From Promethearchaeota archaeon (GTDB lineage: Archaea > Asgardarchaeota > Lokiarchaeia > Sigyniarchaeales > SOKP01): 60,099 bases of DNA. Position 1 is the first letter of the stretch. Each line of letters begins with the position of its first letter. Below, one piece after another: positions 1-11,073 of this stretch. The position numbers were made by a program, and so were the translations under genes. The notes beneath the pieces were generated by a model. That model had not been told where the DNA came from. It saw nothing but the letters and a program-made list of their open reading frames with translations, and did not search any database. The stretch covers positions 1 through 60,099 of the forward strand of contig JBHLON010000022.1 of assembly GCA_048940445.1 (NCBI GenBank), in the 5' to 3' direction.

Positions 1-651
1 GTAAAAACAAAAAGAATTAAATTAGGAACAACAGTCACTCCTTTGGCAAGAAGAAGACCATGGATAATTGCAAAAGAGGTATCTACTCTTGATCGGTTAT
101 CAAAAGGAAGAATGATTTTAGGGGTTGGTTTAGGAATTGATTCAGATTTTAGTGATTTTGGAGAAAATACCGATCTATTAATCAGGAGTAAAAAATTGGA
201 TGAATCTCTGCATATTTTAAAAGGTTTATGGGCTAATAAGCCCTTTACGTTTAAAGGAAAGTTTTTTAATATTGAAGAAGTAGAATTCTTTCCAAAACCT
301 TTTCAAGATAAAATTCCGATTTGGGTTGGTGGAGTTTGGCCCAATAAGAAACCATTTCAGAGGGCAGCCCAATATGATGGTGTATTTCCACTTAAAATAG
401 GTGGTGATGAAAATTTATCTCCAAATGATTATAGGCAAATCATTAAATATATAAAGCAATATAGAAGTTCCTTTGATTCTTATGATATTATTAAACCTAT
501 TGTCACAACAGGTATAAAAGAAGAAGATGAATGGATTAATAATTATCTTAATATTGGGATAACTTGGTTTGTTGAAGCAATATGGTCTGGACGTGATTCA
601 CTAAATAATATTAAAAAAATTATCTCTCGAGGACCCCCTCTAATTAAATGA
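1..651 (+). CDS. Luciferase-like (LLM class) flavin-dependent oxidoreductase, 5'-truncated by window edge
   Basis: Frame open from base 1 (VKTKRIKLGTTVTPLARRRP); LDRLSKGRMILGVGLG and IPIWVGG motifs typical of the LLM family. Confidence 0.85.
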   Translation, partial: VKTKRIKLGTTVTPLARRRPWIIAKEVSTLDRLSKGRMILGVGLGIDSDFSDFGENTDLLIRSKKLDESLHILKGLWANKPFTFKGKFFNIEEVEFFPKPFQDKIPIWVGGVWPNKKPFQRAAQYDGVFPLKIGGDENLSPNDYRQIIKYIKQYRSSFDSYDIIKPIVTTGIKEEDEWINNYLNIGITWFVEAIWSGRDSLNNIKKIISRGPPLIK

Positions 652-746
652 TAAAATAGTGCTTTTTATTTTTATATTCAAGAATCACTCAAAAATTACA
701 CTAAAAAAGAAGAAAAATTAAAAAATCCCTCATTAAATATTTAAAT

Positions 747-2015
747 TTATGTTCCCTCTTCGTAGCCATGGATATAGTTGTATTGTTCTTCTGTTAATTT
801 ATCGATTTTGATTCCAATTGCTTTTAGCTTTAAATATCCAACTTGATCGTCGATGTCAGCTGGAATTTCAAGCATACCTGGTTTTAGAAAGTCTTTATTT
901 TTTGCAATATACTCCGACATTAACGACTGAAGTGCAAAAGACATGTCCATGACCTCACTAGGATGACCTTCAGATAATACTAGATTAGCTAGACGCCCCT
1001 TGGCAAGTAGGTACACTTTTTTGTTGTTAGGTAAAATTAATTCTTCTACATCTTTACGTATAGGTCTTATTTCTTTTGCGTATTCATATAATTCTTTGGT
1101 GGGTATTTCAATGTCGAAATGACCTAAGTTACCAAGTATTACACCGTCTTTAAGACTATTAAATGCTTTCTCATTAGGAGGTATAACGTGTTTACATCCT
1201 GTAGCAGTAAGGATTAGGTCTGCTTCTGGAAGAGTATCAAGGATTGGTTTTACATTATATCCAGCAAATTTAGCTTGTAATGCTTTTATCGGGTCTACTT
1301 CTGTTACAGTCACATTTGCTCCTAAACCTTTTGCTCTTAAAGCCATTCCTGAAGAACAATGACCAAATCCCGCGATAACTACATTTTTTCCAGCAAAAAG
1401 AACATGCATTCCATATATAGCAGAAACTATCCCTTGTCCCGTCCCTAGTTCATTATCAAACTGATTTTTGCACCTTGCATCGTTTACTGGGAAAAGTGGT
1501 ACTTTAAGGGCCCCCTTTTTCTCCATTGCCCTAAAACGTTTTACTCCAGTTGTAGTTTCTTCTTGACACGCTATTATTGTTCCCGATGAGATAAGGTCCG
1601 GATATTCTTGATGTGCTGTGACAATCATATCTGCACCATCGTCTATTAAAATATTAGGTTTAGCATTTAGACATTGCCGTATACACCAGTAAAATTCCTC
1701 ATCAGTATTGCCATGCCATGCAAATACATTTATCCCTTCTTTAACCAGGGCTGCCGCAACATCATCTTGGGTCGATAAGGGATTACTACCGCACAAGTAA
1801 ACATCTGCACCACCTGTTTTTAATGTTCTTGCGAGGTTCCCTGTCTCTTTAGTAACATGTAGACACCCTGCAATCGTAATTCCTTTCAAGGGTTTTTCTT
1901 TTTCGAATCTTTGACGAATAACTTTAGTGGTAACAGGCATCTTATTTTCAGCAATATATAATGCTTCGCTTCCTTTTTCTGCAAGATTTTCATCAGCGAC
2001 TTTATATTTTACCAT
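747..2015 (-). CDS. ahcY: Adenosylhomocysteinase
   Basis: GCLHVTKET, SNPLSTQD, DDGAD, EETTTG, GHFDIEI, GHPSEVMDMSF motifs. Confidence 0.97.
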   Translation of the reverse strand: MVKYKVADENLAEKGSEALYIAENKMPVTTKVIRQRFEKEKPLKGITIAGCLHVTKETGNLARTLKTGGADVYLCGSNPLSTQDDVAAALVKEGINVFAWHGNTDEEFYWCIRQCLNAKPNILIDDGADMIVTAHQEYPDLISSGTIIACQEETTTGVKRFRAMEKKGALKVPLFPVNDARCKNQFDNELGTGQGIVSAIYGMHVLFAGKNVVIAGFGHCSSGMALRAKGLGANVTVTEVDPIKALQAKFAGYNVKPILDTLPEADLILTATGCKHVIPPNEKAFNSLKDGVILGNLGHFDIEIPTKELYEYAKEIRPIRKDVEELILPNNKKVYLLAKGRLANLVLSEGHPSEVMDMSFALQSLMSEYIAKNKDFLKPGMLEIPADIDDQVGYLKLKAIGIKIDKLTEEQYNYIHGYEEGT

Positions 2016-2104
2016 TTTTGTTCACATTTTAAGTTATAAGATTTTTAAGTTTAATTAGTTTATAAAGCTTTTTTTGGTTAAAAGCAAATATTTTTATATG
2101 AAAC

Positions 2105-3409
2105 TTGACATTTAATTTACAATTAATAGAAAATTTAATGAAATGTAATGAAATGAATATCAATACTTTAAATATTATAAAGAATATAAATAGTAAATCC
2201 AAGTTTAGTGTTTCAATAAATTCTAGAAAATTAGGACTTTCAAGACAAACATATCAGAATAAACTTGATAATTTAAGAGAAGAGAAAATAATAACAAATT
2301 TCACAATTAACATCAATCCTGATATTTATCCCAATAATTTAAAGTATGTAATGCTTGAAATAAAAACTAACCCAAAAGAACCTGAATTGGTCGATGAACT
2401 AATGAAAATATCCCAACTAAGGATGTTAGATGGTATTATCGGAGAATTTTCTTTGTTTGCCTTATTAATTTTTAAATCTTCAAAAGAATATTATCAGATC
2501 CTGAACACCATAGATAATATAATGGCAAAGTCTTATTTCAAAAAATATCAGATAATAGAAACTATTAAAGTCTTTAAGACAAACGGAATTAGTTTAAAAA
2601 AAACAAGATTATCACTTAAAGAAAGATTAGTAGATGATTTAGAACACGCTGACTTTTCTGAAAATAAGCTAATATTTGAAATTAAAGAAAAAGTTGATTT
2701 AAATGACATTTATTCAAGGAATGAAGAAAATTTAAATATGGAATTTAATCCTGAAAAATTTCCTGGTCTTATAATAAGGATTGAGAATTTAAAAATATCA
2801 ATTATAATTTTTAAAGAAGGTAAAATAGTTATTTCTGGTCTTAAGAACAAGAACAATATAGAACAGCTCATAGATATGATTTTGAAAACGATAGGAATAC
2901 GGCCAGAACAAAAAATAGCGGAATCCGAATTTGAAGTAGATAATATTGATTATACTATACTCAATATATTACGTGATTTTCAAGGATCTAGGCCAATTTC
3001 GACATATGAAATTAGTAGAATCTTAAAAAAACAATACCAAATGGAAATTTCTCAGTCCACTATACATAATAGAATAAAGAAACTTGAAAATAATGGAGTA
3101 ATTTTAAATTACACTATTAACTTTTCTCCCAAAAAAGTAGGATTTGAGGGGAAATGTCTACTTAGAATTAAGCCAAAAGATCCTTCTAAATATGAAGAGC
3201 TTGCCATGAGATTAGATGCTAATAAATATATTACGGATTTATTTAGAATTGGAGAACAATATGGGTTGTTTGCGATAGTTAGAGTTAATAAAATTGAAGA
3301 TTACGCTACTTTTATAAAGAATTTATATATATCAGAAGAGATTGAAGATACATTTACTAGTTTTGTCATAGATGAACTAGTAGCTTACAGCAATTTTGTA
3401 TTGTATTGA
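2105..3409 (+). CDS. Tandem Lrp/AsnC transcriptional regulator with an internal TBP-like repeat (start may be a downstream ATG)
   Basis: Two HTH+RAM units (LGLSRQTYQNKLDNL; ISQSTIHNRIKKLENNGVI) flank EFNPEKFPGLIIRI..IIFKEGKIVISG. Confidence 0.85.
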   Translation: MTFNLQLIENLMKCNEMNINTLNIIKNINSKSKFSVSINSRKLGLSRQTYQNKLDNLREEKIITNFTININPDIYPNNLKYVMLEIKTNPKEPELVDELMKISQLRMLDGIIGEFSLFALLIFKSSKEYYQILNTIDNIMAKSYFKKYQIIETIKVFKTNGISLKKTRLSLKERLVDDLEHADFSENKLIFEIKEKVDLNDIYSRNEENLNMEFNPEKFPGLIIRIENLKISIIIFKEGKIVISGLKNKNNIEQLIDMILKTIGIRPEQKIAESEFEVDNIDYTILNILRDFQGSRPISTYEISRILKKQYQMEISQSTIHNRIKKLENNGVILNYTINFSPKKVGFEGKCLLRIKPKDPSKYEELAMRLDANKYITDLFRIGEQYGLFAIVRVNKIEDYATFIKNLYISEEIEDTFTSFVIDELVAYSNFVLY

Positions 3410-3495
3410 TCTCTTATATTTTAAATAAATTTATATGCATGGGAATAAAAAATATTAATTTAATTACATTCGAATCATTTCTTTATTTATACATT

Positions 3496-5574
3496 ATGAA
3501 TCATTTTTATGAGATATTAAACAAAAAGATAGGTTATTCTAGAACAGGGAGAATCATACTATCAAAAGAATCCAAGAAATATATAAAGACACCTAATGTT
3601 CTCATTCCTATGCGTAATTTTTTGATGAAGAATGTAAATTATTTAGATGAATTTGAGGATCATGAAGTTTTTATAATATCAAAAGAAGTTTTTCTAAAAA
3701 TAGGTTTTTTAAGAGAGAAGTTTAGAAATAATGCTTTTATTTTCACCCATACGGGTACAATAGATACTTTTATAGAAATTTTGGAAAACAACTTGAATGT
3801 TTTTTTACAAGATAATATTATCTTACTAGTTCCGTTTAATATCCCTACAACTACTGTTAATGAAGTTTTTACTAAGGATGAAATAGGACATTATCTTGAA
3901 GCTGTGAGCAATTTACTCCAAAATCATCAAGAAATCACTTTTGGATTGTCTATTAGGAATTTTGAATCACCAGAACTATTCGATCTGTATAAAGAGTTAA
4001 TAATAGAAAATAATAATGTCAAATTATTGAACTTAGTCGACTTTTTTGATGCACATACCAATTTTAGGAAGATCGTGGAACAAATTGTAGATATTAAACA
4101 AAATCTTGACAACAATTTAGTTTTAATGGCTTCAGGACGAATTGTTCCAAAATATTTCCCAATTTTAGTTTATCTTGGTATTGATCTTATCGATAGCTCC
4201 TATTTATTATATTTATCATCAGAAAATTTTTATGATACAATCGAGTATTTATATCCTATTTATAAAGTGAAATATTTTCCATGTTCATGTCTTGCTTGTA
4301 AAGAGAAGCTAAAAAGCTTACAAAATTTAAAGTATTCATATGAAAAGCTTGATTATTTATGTCTTCATAATTTAATAACTGCAAAAAATTATATGAATAA
4401 AATAAAGCAATACTTAAGAGCAGATGACTTTAGAGCATTTGTAGAAAAATCTTCTTTCGATGACATTCTTATCATTTCGATTTTAAAAATATTGGACCGT
4501 CAATATTTTAATTTAATAAGGTTTGAAACTCCAATAGCAGATTCTTTCTCAACTATTAAGTGTTTTGGGCCATCTTCTTATTACAGACCAGATTTTCGAC
4601 AATTTAGAGAAAGGGTAATCCTACATTTTTCACCCGAACCATGGACAAAACTGATCATTATTTTTCCTTGTTCTTCAAAAAAACCTTATTCTAAATCAAA
4701 GTCTCATAAGAAATTTCATGACATTCTAAGGAAGTTCCCAGATTTTCCAGATTTTCAAGAAATCATATTAACTTCGCCTCTCGGAGCTATTCCAAGACAA
4801 CTAGAAGATATATATCCTGTAAATTCATACGATATATCTGTGACTGGATTCTGGGATGATGAAGAAGTTAAATTAGCATCTGAGATGTTGAAAGAAATAA
4901 TTAAGAAATATGATAAAAATATTCCAATTATATGTCATATAAAAGGAAAGGGATATAAAGAAATCATCTTGAAAGCTATGTCTCAATTACCTCATAATAT
5001 TTATTATACCGATGTAAATAAAAGTCTTATTAGCTTCGAATCATTAGAGTCACTTGAAGAAAATATTAGAAATTTAAAGAATGATTTTAATTTAGATAAC
5101 AAACTAAAAATTAATTTTTTCTCAAAAACTTGGTACCGGAAATTAATTAAAATTACCGATTATCAATTTGGTTTAGATATGGGAATTAAAATATTTTCAC
5201 CTAATGTAAAAATTAAAAAAGATAGACGTAGCGGGAATCTTAAGATTATTGATAGTATTAATAAAAATTTACTAGGAAGATTTTTAGTCAATACAGGTCA
5301 AATTGAATTTACACTAAATGGAGCAGAATTGCTATTATCAAGTTGTAATAAATCTAACAATCTAGTTTTCAATGGAGACTTAATAAATGGAAATACTCTT
5401 TTTAGACCAGGAATTATCGAATTTAGTCCTAATCTTATACCTAATAATTATGTATTAATATTAGATAAAGCTAAGCAAAAAATTATTGGACTGGGTAAAC
5501 TAATTATCGGTACAAATTATTTAAAAAACTCAAAAAGTGGAAGAGTAGCTAATATTTATGATAAAATTAGGTAG
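3496..5574 (+). CDS. arcS: Archaeosine synthase subunit alpha (TGT-like + PUA)
   Basis: CSCLAC..H zinc site, PCSSKKPYSKSKSH motif, TSPLGAIP, C-terminal PUA; ATG at 3496 preferred over the TTG at 3406. Confidence 0.88.
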   Translation: MNHFYEILNKKIGYSRTGRIILSKESKKYIKTPNVLIPMRNFLMKNVNYLDEFEDHEVFIISKEVFLKIGFLREKFRNNAFIFTHTGTIDTFIEILENNLNVFLQDNIILLVPFNIPTTTVNEVFTKDEIGHYLEAVSNLLQNHQEITFGLSIRNFESPELFDLYKELIIENNNVKLLNLVDFFDAHTNFRKIVEQIVDIKQNLDNNLVLMASGRIVPKYFPILVYLGIDLIDSSYLLYLSSENFYDTIEYLYPIYKVKYFPCSCLACKEKLKSLQNLKYSYEKLDYLCLHNLITAKNYMNKIKQYLRADDFRAFVEKSSFDDILIISILKILDRQYFNLIRFETPIADSFSTIKCFGPSSYYRPDFRQFRERVILHFSPEPWTKLIIIFPCSSKKPYSKSKSHKKFHDILRKFPDFPDFQEIILTSPLGAIPRQLEDIYPVNSYDISVTGFWDDEEVKLASEMLKEIIKKYDKNIPIICHIKGKGYKEIILKAMSQLPHNIYYTDVNKSLISFESLESLEENIRNLKNDFNLDNKLKINFFSKTWYRKLIKITDYQFGLDMGIKIFSPNVKIKKDRRSGNLKIIDSINKNLLGRFLVNTGQIEFTLNGAELLLSSCNKSNNLVFNGDLINGNTLFRPGIIEFSPNLIPNNYVLILDKAKQKIIGLGKLIIGTNYLKNSKSGRVANIYDKIR

Positions 5575-6649
5575 TGATAATCCATTATCCTATATAATAA
5601 AAGAAATTAGAGAAAAGGCTATTTCACAGAAGATAAGTTTTAGCGAAGAACAATTGAATAAGCCAGTTAGTTTTTGGATAAAAGATGATCGCCTTTTAAT
5701 GGATAAAGGAAAAGAATTCACAATAATTCTAAGAACTAGAGGGTGCAATTGGGCTCTTAGTGACAGTGGAGGTTGCTCAATGTGTGGATATATAAATGAT
5801 TCTGCTCTGAATTTTATAACTAGTAAACATCTTATAAATCAAATCAATTATTCATTCCAATCAAAAGAAATAGAAAACAAAGAAGAACGATTTGCATTCA
5901 AAATTTTTAATTCTGGAAGCTTTTTTGATGAGAATGAGATATCTAAAGAAGTAAGGAACTATATTTATCAAAAAGTACAAAAATATGAAAGTATAAAAGA
6001 ATTTGTCGTAGAATCTCGTATAGAACACGTAACAAAAGAAAAACTAGAGGATCTAAGAAATCAATTAGGTGATAAGTATATTGAATTAGCAATTGGTCTT
6101 GAAACTGTTGATGATTACATTAGAAATAAATATATCAATAAGGGGATGCTCTATAATGATTTTAAAAAACTTGTCGAACTTACAAAAAAAATTGGGATAG
6201 GCATACGGGCATATTTACTCTTTAAACCTCCTTTCTTAAATGAGCAAGGAGCTATAGATGATTGCACTAAATCAATTAGAGATTTGATTAAATTGGGAGT
6301 AAACACTATTTCAATTAATCCTCTAAACATTCAGAAGAATACGTTTGCAGAATATTTATGGTATCAAAACCGTTATAGACCTCCGTGGTTTTATTCTTTA
6401 TTCAAATGCTTAAGAAATGTTTATAATGCAGTTGATATTTCAAAATTACCGCGTATAATTTCAGATCCGACGGGAGCAGGAACTAAAAGAGGAATTCATA
6501 ATTGTTTAAAAAGAGACTGTAATCTTAAAATGGTAGAAATTCTCAGGAATTTTGTATTATCACAAAATTTTACCTATATATATAATAAAGAAGATTATCA
6601 ATATTGTGATTGTTTGTTAAGATATCGCCTTCAAAAAAATTATCATTAA
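5558..6649 (+). CDS. Archaeosine biosynthesis radical SAM protein (RaSEA)
   Basis: LRTRGCNWA..GGCSMCGY (CX7-8CX2C), FNSGSF, KPPFL, YRPPW, RGIHNC; overlaps arcS. Confidence 0.88.
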   Translation: MIKLGSDNPLSYIIKEIREKAISQKISFSEEQLNKPVSFWIKDDRLLMDKGKEFTIILRTRGCNWALSDSGGCSMCGYINDSALNFITSKHLINQINYSFQSKEIENKEERFAFKIFNSGSFFDENEISKEVRNYIYQKVQKYESIKEFVVESRIEHVTKEKLEDLRNQLGDKYIELAIGLETVDDYIRNKYINKGMLYNDFKKLVELTKKIGIGIRAYLLFKPPFLNEQGAIDDCTKSIRDLIKLGVNTISINPLNIQKNTFAEYLWYQNRYRPPWFYSLFKCLRNVYNAVDISKLPRIISDPTGAGTKRGIHNCLKRDCNLKMVEILRNFVLSQNFTYIYNKEDYQYCDCLLRYRLQKNYH

Positions 6650-6823
6650 TTTAATTGAGTAAATATTTTGTATTAGACTTATTTCTGTTATTAAAAATGA
6701 TATTCAAAAGGATTGTCAACAACTTTCATTCCATTTTTGTAAAATTTTACCCAAAAAAGATTATATTTAAATATGACCTTTCAATTTTCTATTCTATATT
6801 TTATTAACTAATAAGGGTAAACC

Positions 6824-7072
6824 GTGAAAAACTGGATTAAACTTAACCTATTCTATCTCGGAAAATCTAAGAAACATCATATTTTCAGAGCCCATAAATG
6901 GAATAAGAACTTTGAAATAATATTTCATAGACCAATTTTCAATGAAAGTTATGAAGAGATTGGGGTTATCAAAGAAATTTTTGGTCCTATTCACTTACCA
7001 TTTATCTCTGTTAAAGCTTCACCTAATCAACAGTTTAGTTTAGAAAGTCAGTTTTATATCAAAATTCGTTAA
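6824..7072 (+). CDS. gar1: H/ACA RNP subunit Gar1-like protein
   Basis: IGVIKEIFGPIHLPFISVK motif; immediately upstream of TFB, the usual archaeal synteny. Confidence 0.75.
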   Translation: MKNWIKLNLFYLGKSKKHHIFRAHKWNKNFEIIFHRPIFNESYEEIGVIKEIFGPIHLPFISVKASPNQQFSLESQFYIKIR

Positions 7073-7128
7073 TAAATTCTTGGAATTTTAAAAATTCAAA
7101 ATTTCAAAAGGTGTAAAATATTTCGAGT

Positions 7129-8070
7129 TTGAATGAGCTTGACAAAAAGCAAAATGACAATAATGAAGAGATTTGTAACGAATGTGGAAAAAATATTATA
7201 AAAAATGCTGATTCTTTATTAGTTTGTGAAGAATGTGGTTTAGTGCATTCAGAAAACCATATTGATCATGGTCCTGAATGGAGGGCGTTCGATGCCGATC
7301 AAAAGAAAAAAAGAACGAGAACCGGAGCACCTATGACTTACATGATACATGATAAGGGTTTAAGTACAATGATTGATTGGAAGAATAGAGACATTTTTGG
7401 AAAAGAAATTCCTGCGAAATCAAGAGGACAAATATATAGACTACGAAAATGGCAGAGTAGAATAAGGGTATCAGATGCCACAGAAAGAAATTTAACTTTT
7501 GCATTAAGCGAGTTAGATAGAATGGCTTCTAACTTAGATCTACCCAAAAATCTTCGGGAATGTTCTGCAAAAATATATAGAGATGCAGTTGATGCCCATC
7601 TTATAAGAGGAAGGAGTATTGAAGGAGTAGCTGCAGCTAGTTTATATGCAGCATGCAGAATGTATAAAATACCTAGAACATTGAATGAGATTGCCGAAGT
7701 AGCTCGTGTCGATAAAAAAGAAATTGGTAGATCATTTCGATTTATCTCAAATGAGTTGATTCTCAATTTGAATCCTACTAAACCACTCGATTTTCTCACA
7801 AGATTTATATCTGAATTAAAACTTACTCAAGACTGCCAAAAAGTTGCTAAAAAAATTATAAAGATGGCAGAAGCCTATGGATTGACTTCAGGTAGAGGTC
7901 CCACGGGAGTGTGTGCAGCAGCTATATATGCTGCCAGTATTCTAACTAAAGAGAGAAGAACTCAGAGAAAAATTGCTAATGTAAGTCAAGTAACTGAAGT
8001 AACAGTTAGAAATAGATTCTCAGAATTAATAGAAAATTTAGAGTTGGGCATTTCAATAAAGAAGAAATAA
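7129..8070 (+). CDS. tfb: Transcription initiation factor IIB
   Basis: Zn ribbon CNEC/CEECG, GPEWRAF, two cyclin repeats, VTEVTVRNR. Confidence 0.98.
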   Translation: MNELDKKQNDNNEEICNECGKNIIKNADSLLVCEECGLVHSENHIDHGPEWRAFDADQKKKRTRTGAPMTYMIHDKGLSTMIDWKNRDIFGKEIPAKSRGQIYRLRKWQSRIRVSDATERNLTFALSELDRMASNLDLPKNLRECSAKIYRDAVDAHLIRGRSIEGVAAASLYAACRMYKIPRTLNEIAEVARVDKKEIGRSFRFISNELILNLNPTKPLDFLTRFISELKLTQDCQKVAKKIIKMAEAYGLTSGRGPTGVCAAAIYAASILTKERRTQRKIANVSQVTEVTVRNRFSELIENLELGISIKKK

Positions 8071-8189
8071 ACCTAATTTTTATCTTTCTTTTTTGTAATA
8101 ATTAAGAATGTTATCTCAATATTACAACCATTAAAGTTCTATTTTTTTCAATTTTAAAATATTAGGTATGTTATAGTAGGATATATTTT

Positions 8190-8540
8190 ATGAAAATGGA
8201 GAATACAAGACTAATTAATCAGAGCGAGGTTAATTATTTTCTTCATAGAGTAAGACGACATTTCCCTAATTTTGTTGCAGGTGTCATTACAGATCGAAAT
8301 GGGTTTCCAATAGGTTCTAGCATATCAAATAGATTATGGGTTCACGAAAATACACTAGCTATTTGGGCAATATCCAAAAATAAGGAAAGAGTGATAAAAG
8401 ATCCAAACCTTATCCAATTAAAATTCGATATTGATAAAAATAAGAGATATAAACTATTTATATTATTAGAAAAAACAAAGACTTATAAAGATGGAATAAA
8501 ACCCCTAAAAGAAATTATTAAAACACAGGAACTGTTTTAA
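8190..8540 (+). CDS. Divergent Roadblock/LC7-like protein
   Basis: VAGVITDRNGFPIGS motif; adjacent to a second Roadblock gene. Confidence 0.55.
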   Translation: MKMENTRLINQSEVNYFLHRVRRHFPNFVAGVITDRNGFPIGSSISNRLWVHENTLAIWAISKNKERVIKDPNLIQLKFDIDKNKRYKLFILLEKTKTYKDGIKPLKEIIKTQELF

Positions 8541-8670
8541 AACATTCTTGATTTTATTAAGTCTAATCGTAGCTTAAAACTAGATTAAAATAAAGAAATT
8601 AAATTTTTATAGAATTAGTTTTATTTTTATTCATAAACAACAAAAAAGATTGATTTGAATTTTATTTGAA

Positions 8671-9156
8671 ATGAGGTCAAAGCTATTGAATTACTCTCAG
8701 GATGAAATTGAACTCAAGAAAATTATACGAGATATAATCAATAGCACTCCCGGTTTAAAAAATGTTATACTCATTGATGATACAGGTATTACAATAATGT
8801 ATGAAGCTAAATTTACCTTTATGAATGAAGAAGATATTTCAGTTGAAAAAATAGGGGCTATAGGTGGCGCTGTCTTTACCGCTGGAGAAGAACAAGGACA
8901 TATTTTGGGGTATGGAGAAATTGATCTTCAGATAACAGAATATTATAAGGGGATGATCTTTTCAATGAAAGTAGGAAAAGGAATTTTGTGTATTGCATCA
9001 GATAAAAACGTGCAAATCGGATTTGTTCGTGCCATTATGAAGAGATATGCTCCTCGAATTACTCAAATATTGGATCATTATCTAAAAGCTGATCAAGGTG
9101 AAATAAGTAAAGAATTAAAGGAACTATTTAATTCAGATACAATTAGTTTATTATAA
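8671..9156 (+). CDS. Roadblock/LC7 (MglB-like) domain protein
   Basis: VILIDDTGITI, IGAIGGAVF, NVQIGFVR pattern. Confidence 0.8.
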   Translation: MRSKLLNYSQDEIELKKIIRDIINSTPGLKNVILIDDTGITIMYEAKFTFMNEEDISVEKIGAIGGAVFTAGEEQGHILGYGEIDLQITEYYKGMIFSMKVGKGILCIASDKNVQIGFVRAIMKRYAPRITQILDHYLKADQGEISKELKELFNSDTISLL

Positions 9157-9485
9157 TTGAAATTGTAGCCTAAAACACTAACTCTTTTTTATCATTTCAC
9201 GGATAATCCTAAAATCAAAAAAGTTCTCTCGTGTTAGGCGAATATGGGAACATAATCATGTATCCTGTAAGGGTTACTGACTCAAACCTCATCGTATTGG
9301 AATTTACCTTTACTAAGTTAAGAGCCCATTTACTCAGGATGAATATTGATTATTAAATTCAGGATGTTTGCATTTTTTTGCTCATATAATCATTTAATTC
9401 ATATATGTCCTCGAATAATGCCATTATTCCATCATTATTTTCCCTGTAATATAATAAGAGAATAAGGTTAAAAAATTTATAGATT

Positions 9486-10229
9486 CTATCTTAAAATTTT
9501 TAGTAATTCATCATAGGAACCAAGCTCTTGCCTAATATTATGATAAATTAACCCCTCTTCTGGTTTACCTTCGAAACCTGCTTTTCCATTATTTAGAAAT
9601 AACATTTTATCAGCCCAATTTTCAACAAAAAAGAGATTATGAGTCGTAAAAAGGATTGTAATATCATTCTTTTTCCTTAAATTCTCTAAAATACTCAAAT
9701 GACTATAAATTGATTTAAAGTCAAGATTAGCAAAAGGTTCATCCAAAATCAATAATTTAGGTTTCATCACTAAAATCCCAGCTAAAGCAGCTCTTTTTTT
9801 TTGCCCCCATGATAATTCAAAAGGAGAGAATTCCTTATATTCAGATAATTTTACAGCATCTAAAGCCCAATCGACTCTCAAATTTACCTCTTCCTCATCT
9901 AACTTTAAATTCCGAGCTCCAAAACTAACATCTTCTCCAATGGTTGGAGCAAAGAGTTGATCATCAGGATTTTGGAATAAAAAACCTATTGATTTTCTTA
10001 TTTCCCAAAGCTGTTTCTTATTTCTAGTTAAAAGCTGATCGAAAATTTTAATGTTTCCTGATTTTGGTTTTAATAATCCTACTAATAGTCGCAAGAGGGT
10101 GGTTTTTCCAGAACCATTATTTCCAATTAACACATAAATAGAATTCTTTTCTACTTTTAAGCTAATATCATTTATCTGAAATCCAGAATTATATTCAAAA
10201 TTAAGACTTTGAACTTCTATTGCAGAAAT
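9486..10229 (-). CDS. cbiO: ECF Co/Ni transporter ATPase; start extended to ATT at 10229
   Basis: Frame continues 32 codons upstream of the ORF-track GTG (ISAIEVQSLNFEY..INDISLKV..GNNGSGKT); FQNPDDQLF, LSWGQKKR, LDEP. Confidence 0.88.
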   Translation of the reverse strand: MSAIEVQSLNFEYNSGFQINDISLKVEKNSIYVLIGNNGSGKTTLLRLLVGLLKPKSGNIKIFDQLLTRNKKQLWEIRKSIGFLFQNPDDQLFAPTIGEDVSFGARNLKLDEEEVNLRVDWALDAVKLSEYKEFSPFELSWGQKKRAALAGILVMKPKLLILDEPFANLDFKSIYSHLSILENLRKKNDITILFTTHNLFFVENWADKMLFLNNGKAGFEGKPEEGLIYHNIRQELGSYDELLKILR

Positions 10230-11023
10230 AAATTAACAACTCCCAAATAAATTTGTTCTAAATTTATAAAATAAACTAAAAAAATAACAATGCTTAAAGT
10301 TAAAAGAATCAAGATATAATCATAGATTTTTAATTTTCTCGCAGCAAACGTAAGTTTTCCATTAAATCCTCTCATTTTTAAGCTTTCATATAGCTTCTCA
10401 CTACGCTCCATATTATTCACAATATTTTTTCCCATTATGTATCCGTGTGTTTTAAGTCTCTGCCAGAACTTTGCTGTATTTTTACCTCTTAATTCTTGAG
10501 CGTCTAACACTTTTTTATTAGAAGTTGCGAGGATTGGCAGATAATGAAACATAATTACTATACTTCCTATGATAAATGAAGGAATAATTCTAATTTTAGA
10601 TATAGCTTCTATAAATTCAGAATAGGTTAGTGAAGAAAAAAATGTAAGGAATGTAAAAGTTGCACCAATAATCCTGAAAAATAAAAGTAATGCTATTTTT
10701 AATCCTTCTAAATAGATATTTAGAATTATACCTATGTTTAATTGAAATATTATAGTATGGCCAAAATAGAAGGGTAAAAAAATACAAATAAGGAGTAAAA
10801 AAGGTATTAGAATCTTTAATCTTGAAATAACCTTTAGCAAATGTAAATTGAAAAAAATGTTGATACAAATTACAATAAAAATGATGGTTATGACTAAGTA
10901 TATATTATTAAGTACTAAAAATGGTAATACTAATATAAATGGTATAAGAAAACGTATTATAGGGTGGAATCTGTTGAAGAAATTTTTCTCATTTTCAGTT
11001 TTGAACGGTAATTCTGGTTTCAT
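10217..11023 (-). CDS. cbiQ: ECF transporter transmembrane T component
   Basis: Hydrophobic; AQELRG and SLKMRG coupling motifs. Confidence 0.85.
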   Translation of the reverse strand: MKPELPFKTENEKNFFNRFHPIIRFLIPFILVLPFLVLNNIYLVITIIFIVICINIFFNLHLLKVISRLKILIPFLLLICIFLPFYFGHTIIFQLNIGIILNIYLEGLKIALLLFFRIIGATFTFLTFFSSLTYSEFIEAISKIRIIPSFIIGSIVIMFHYLPILATSNKKVLDAQELRGKNTAKFWQRLKTHGYIMGKNIVNNMERSEKLYESLKMRGFNGKLTFAARKLKIYDYILILLTLSIVIFLVYFINLEQIYLGVVNLFLQ

Positions 11024-11073
11024 TAATCCATAACCTAATAGTAATCGTAATAATACTTCTTTCTAAATTAATC

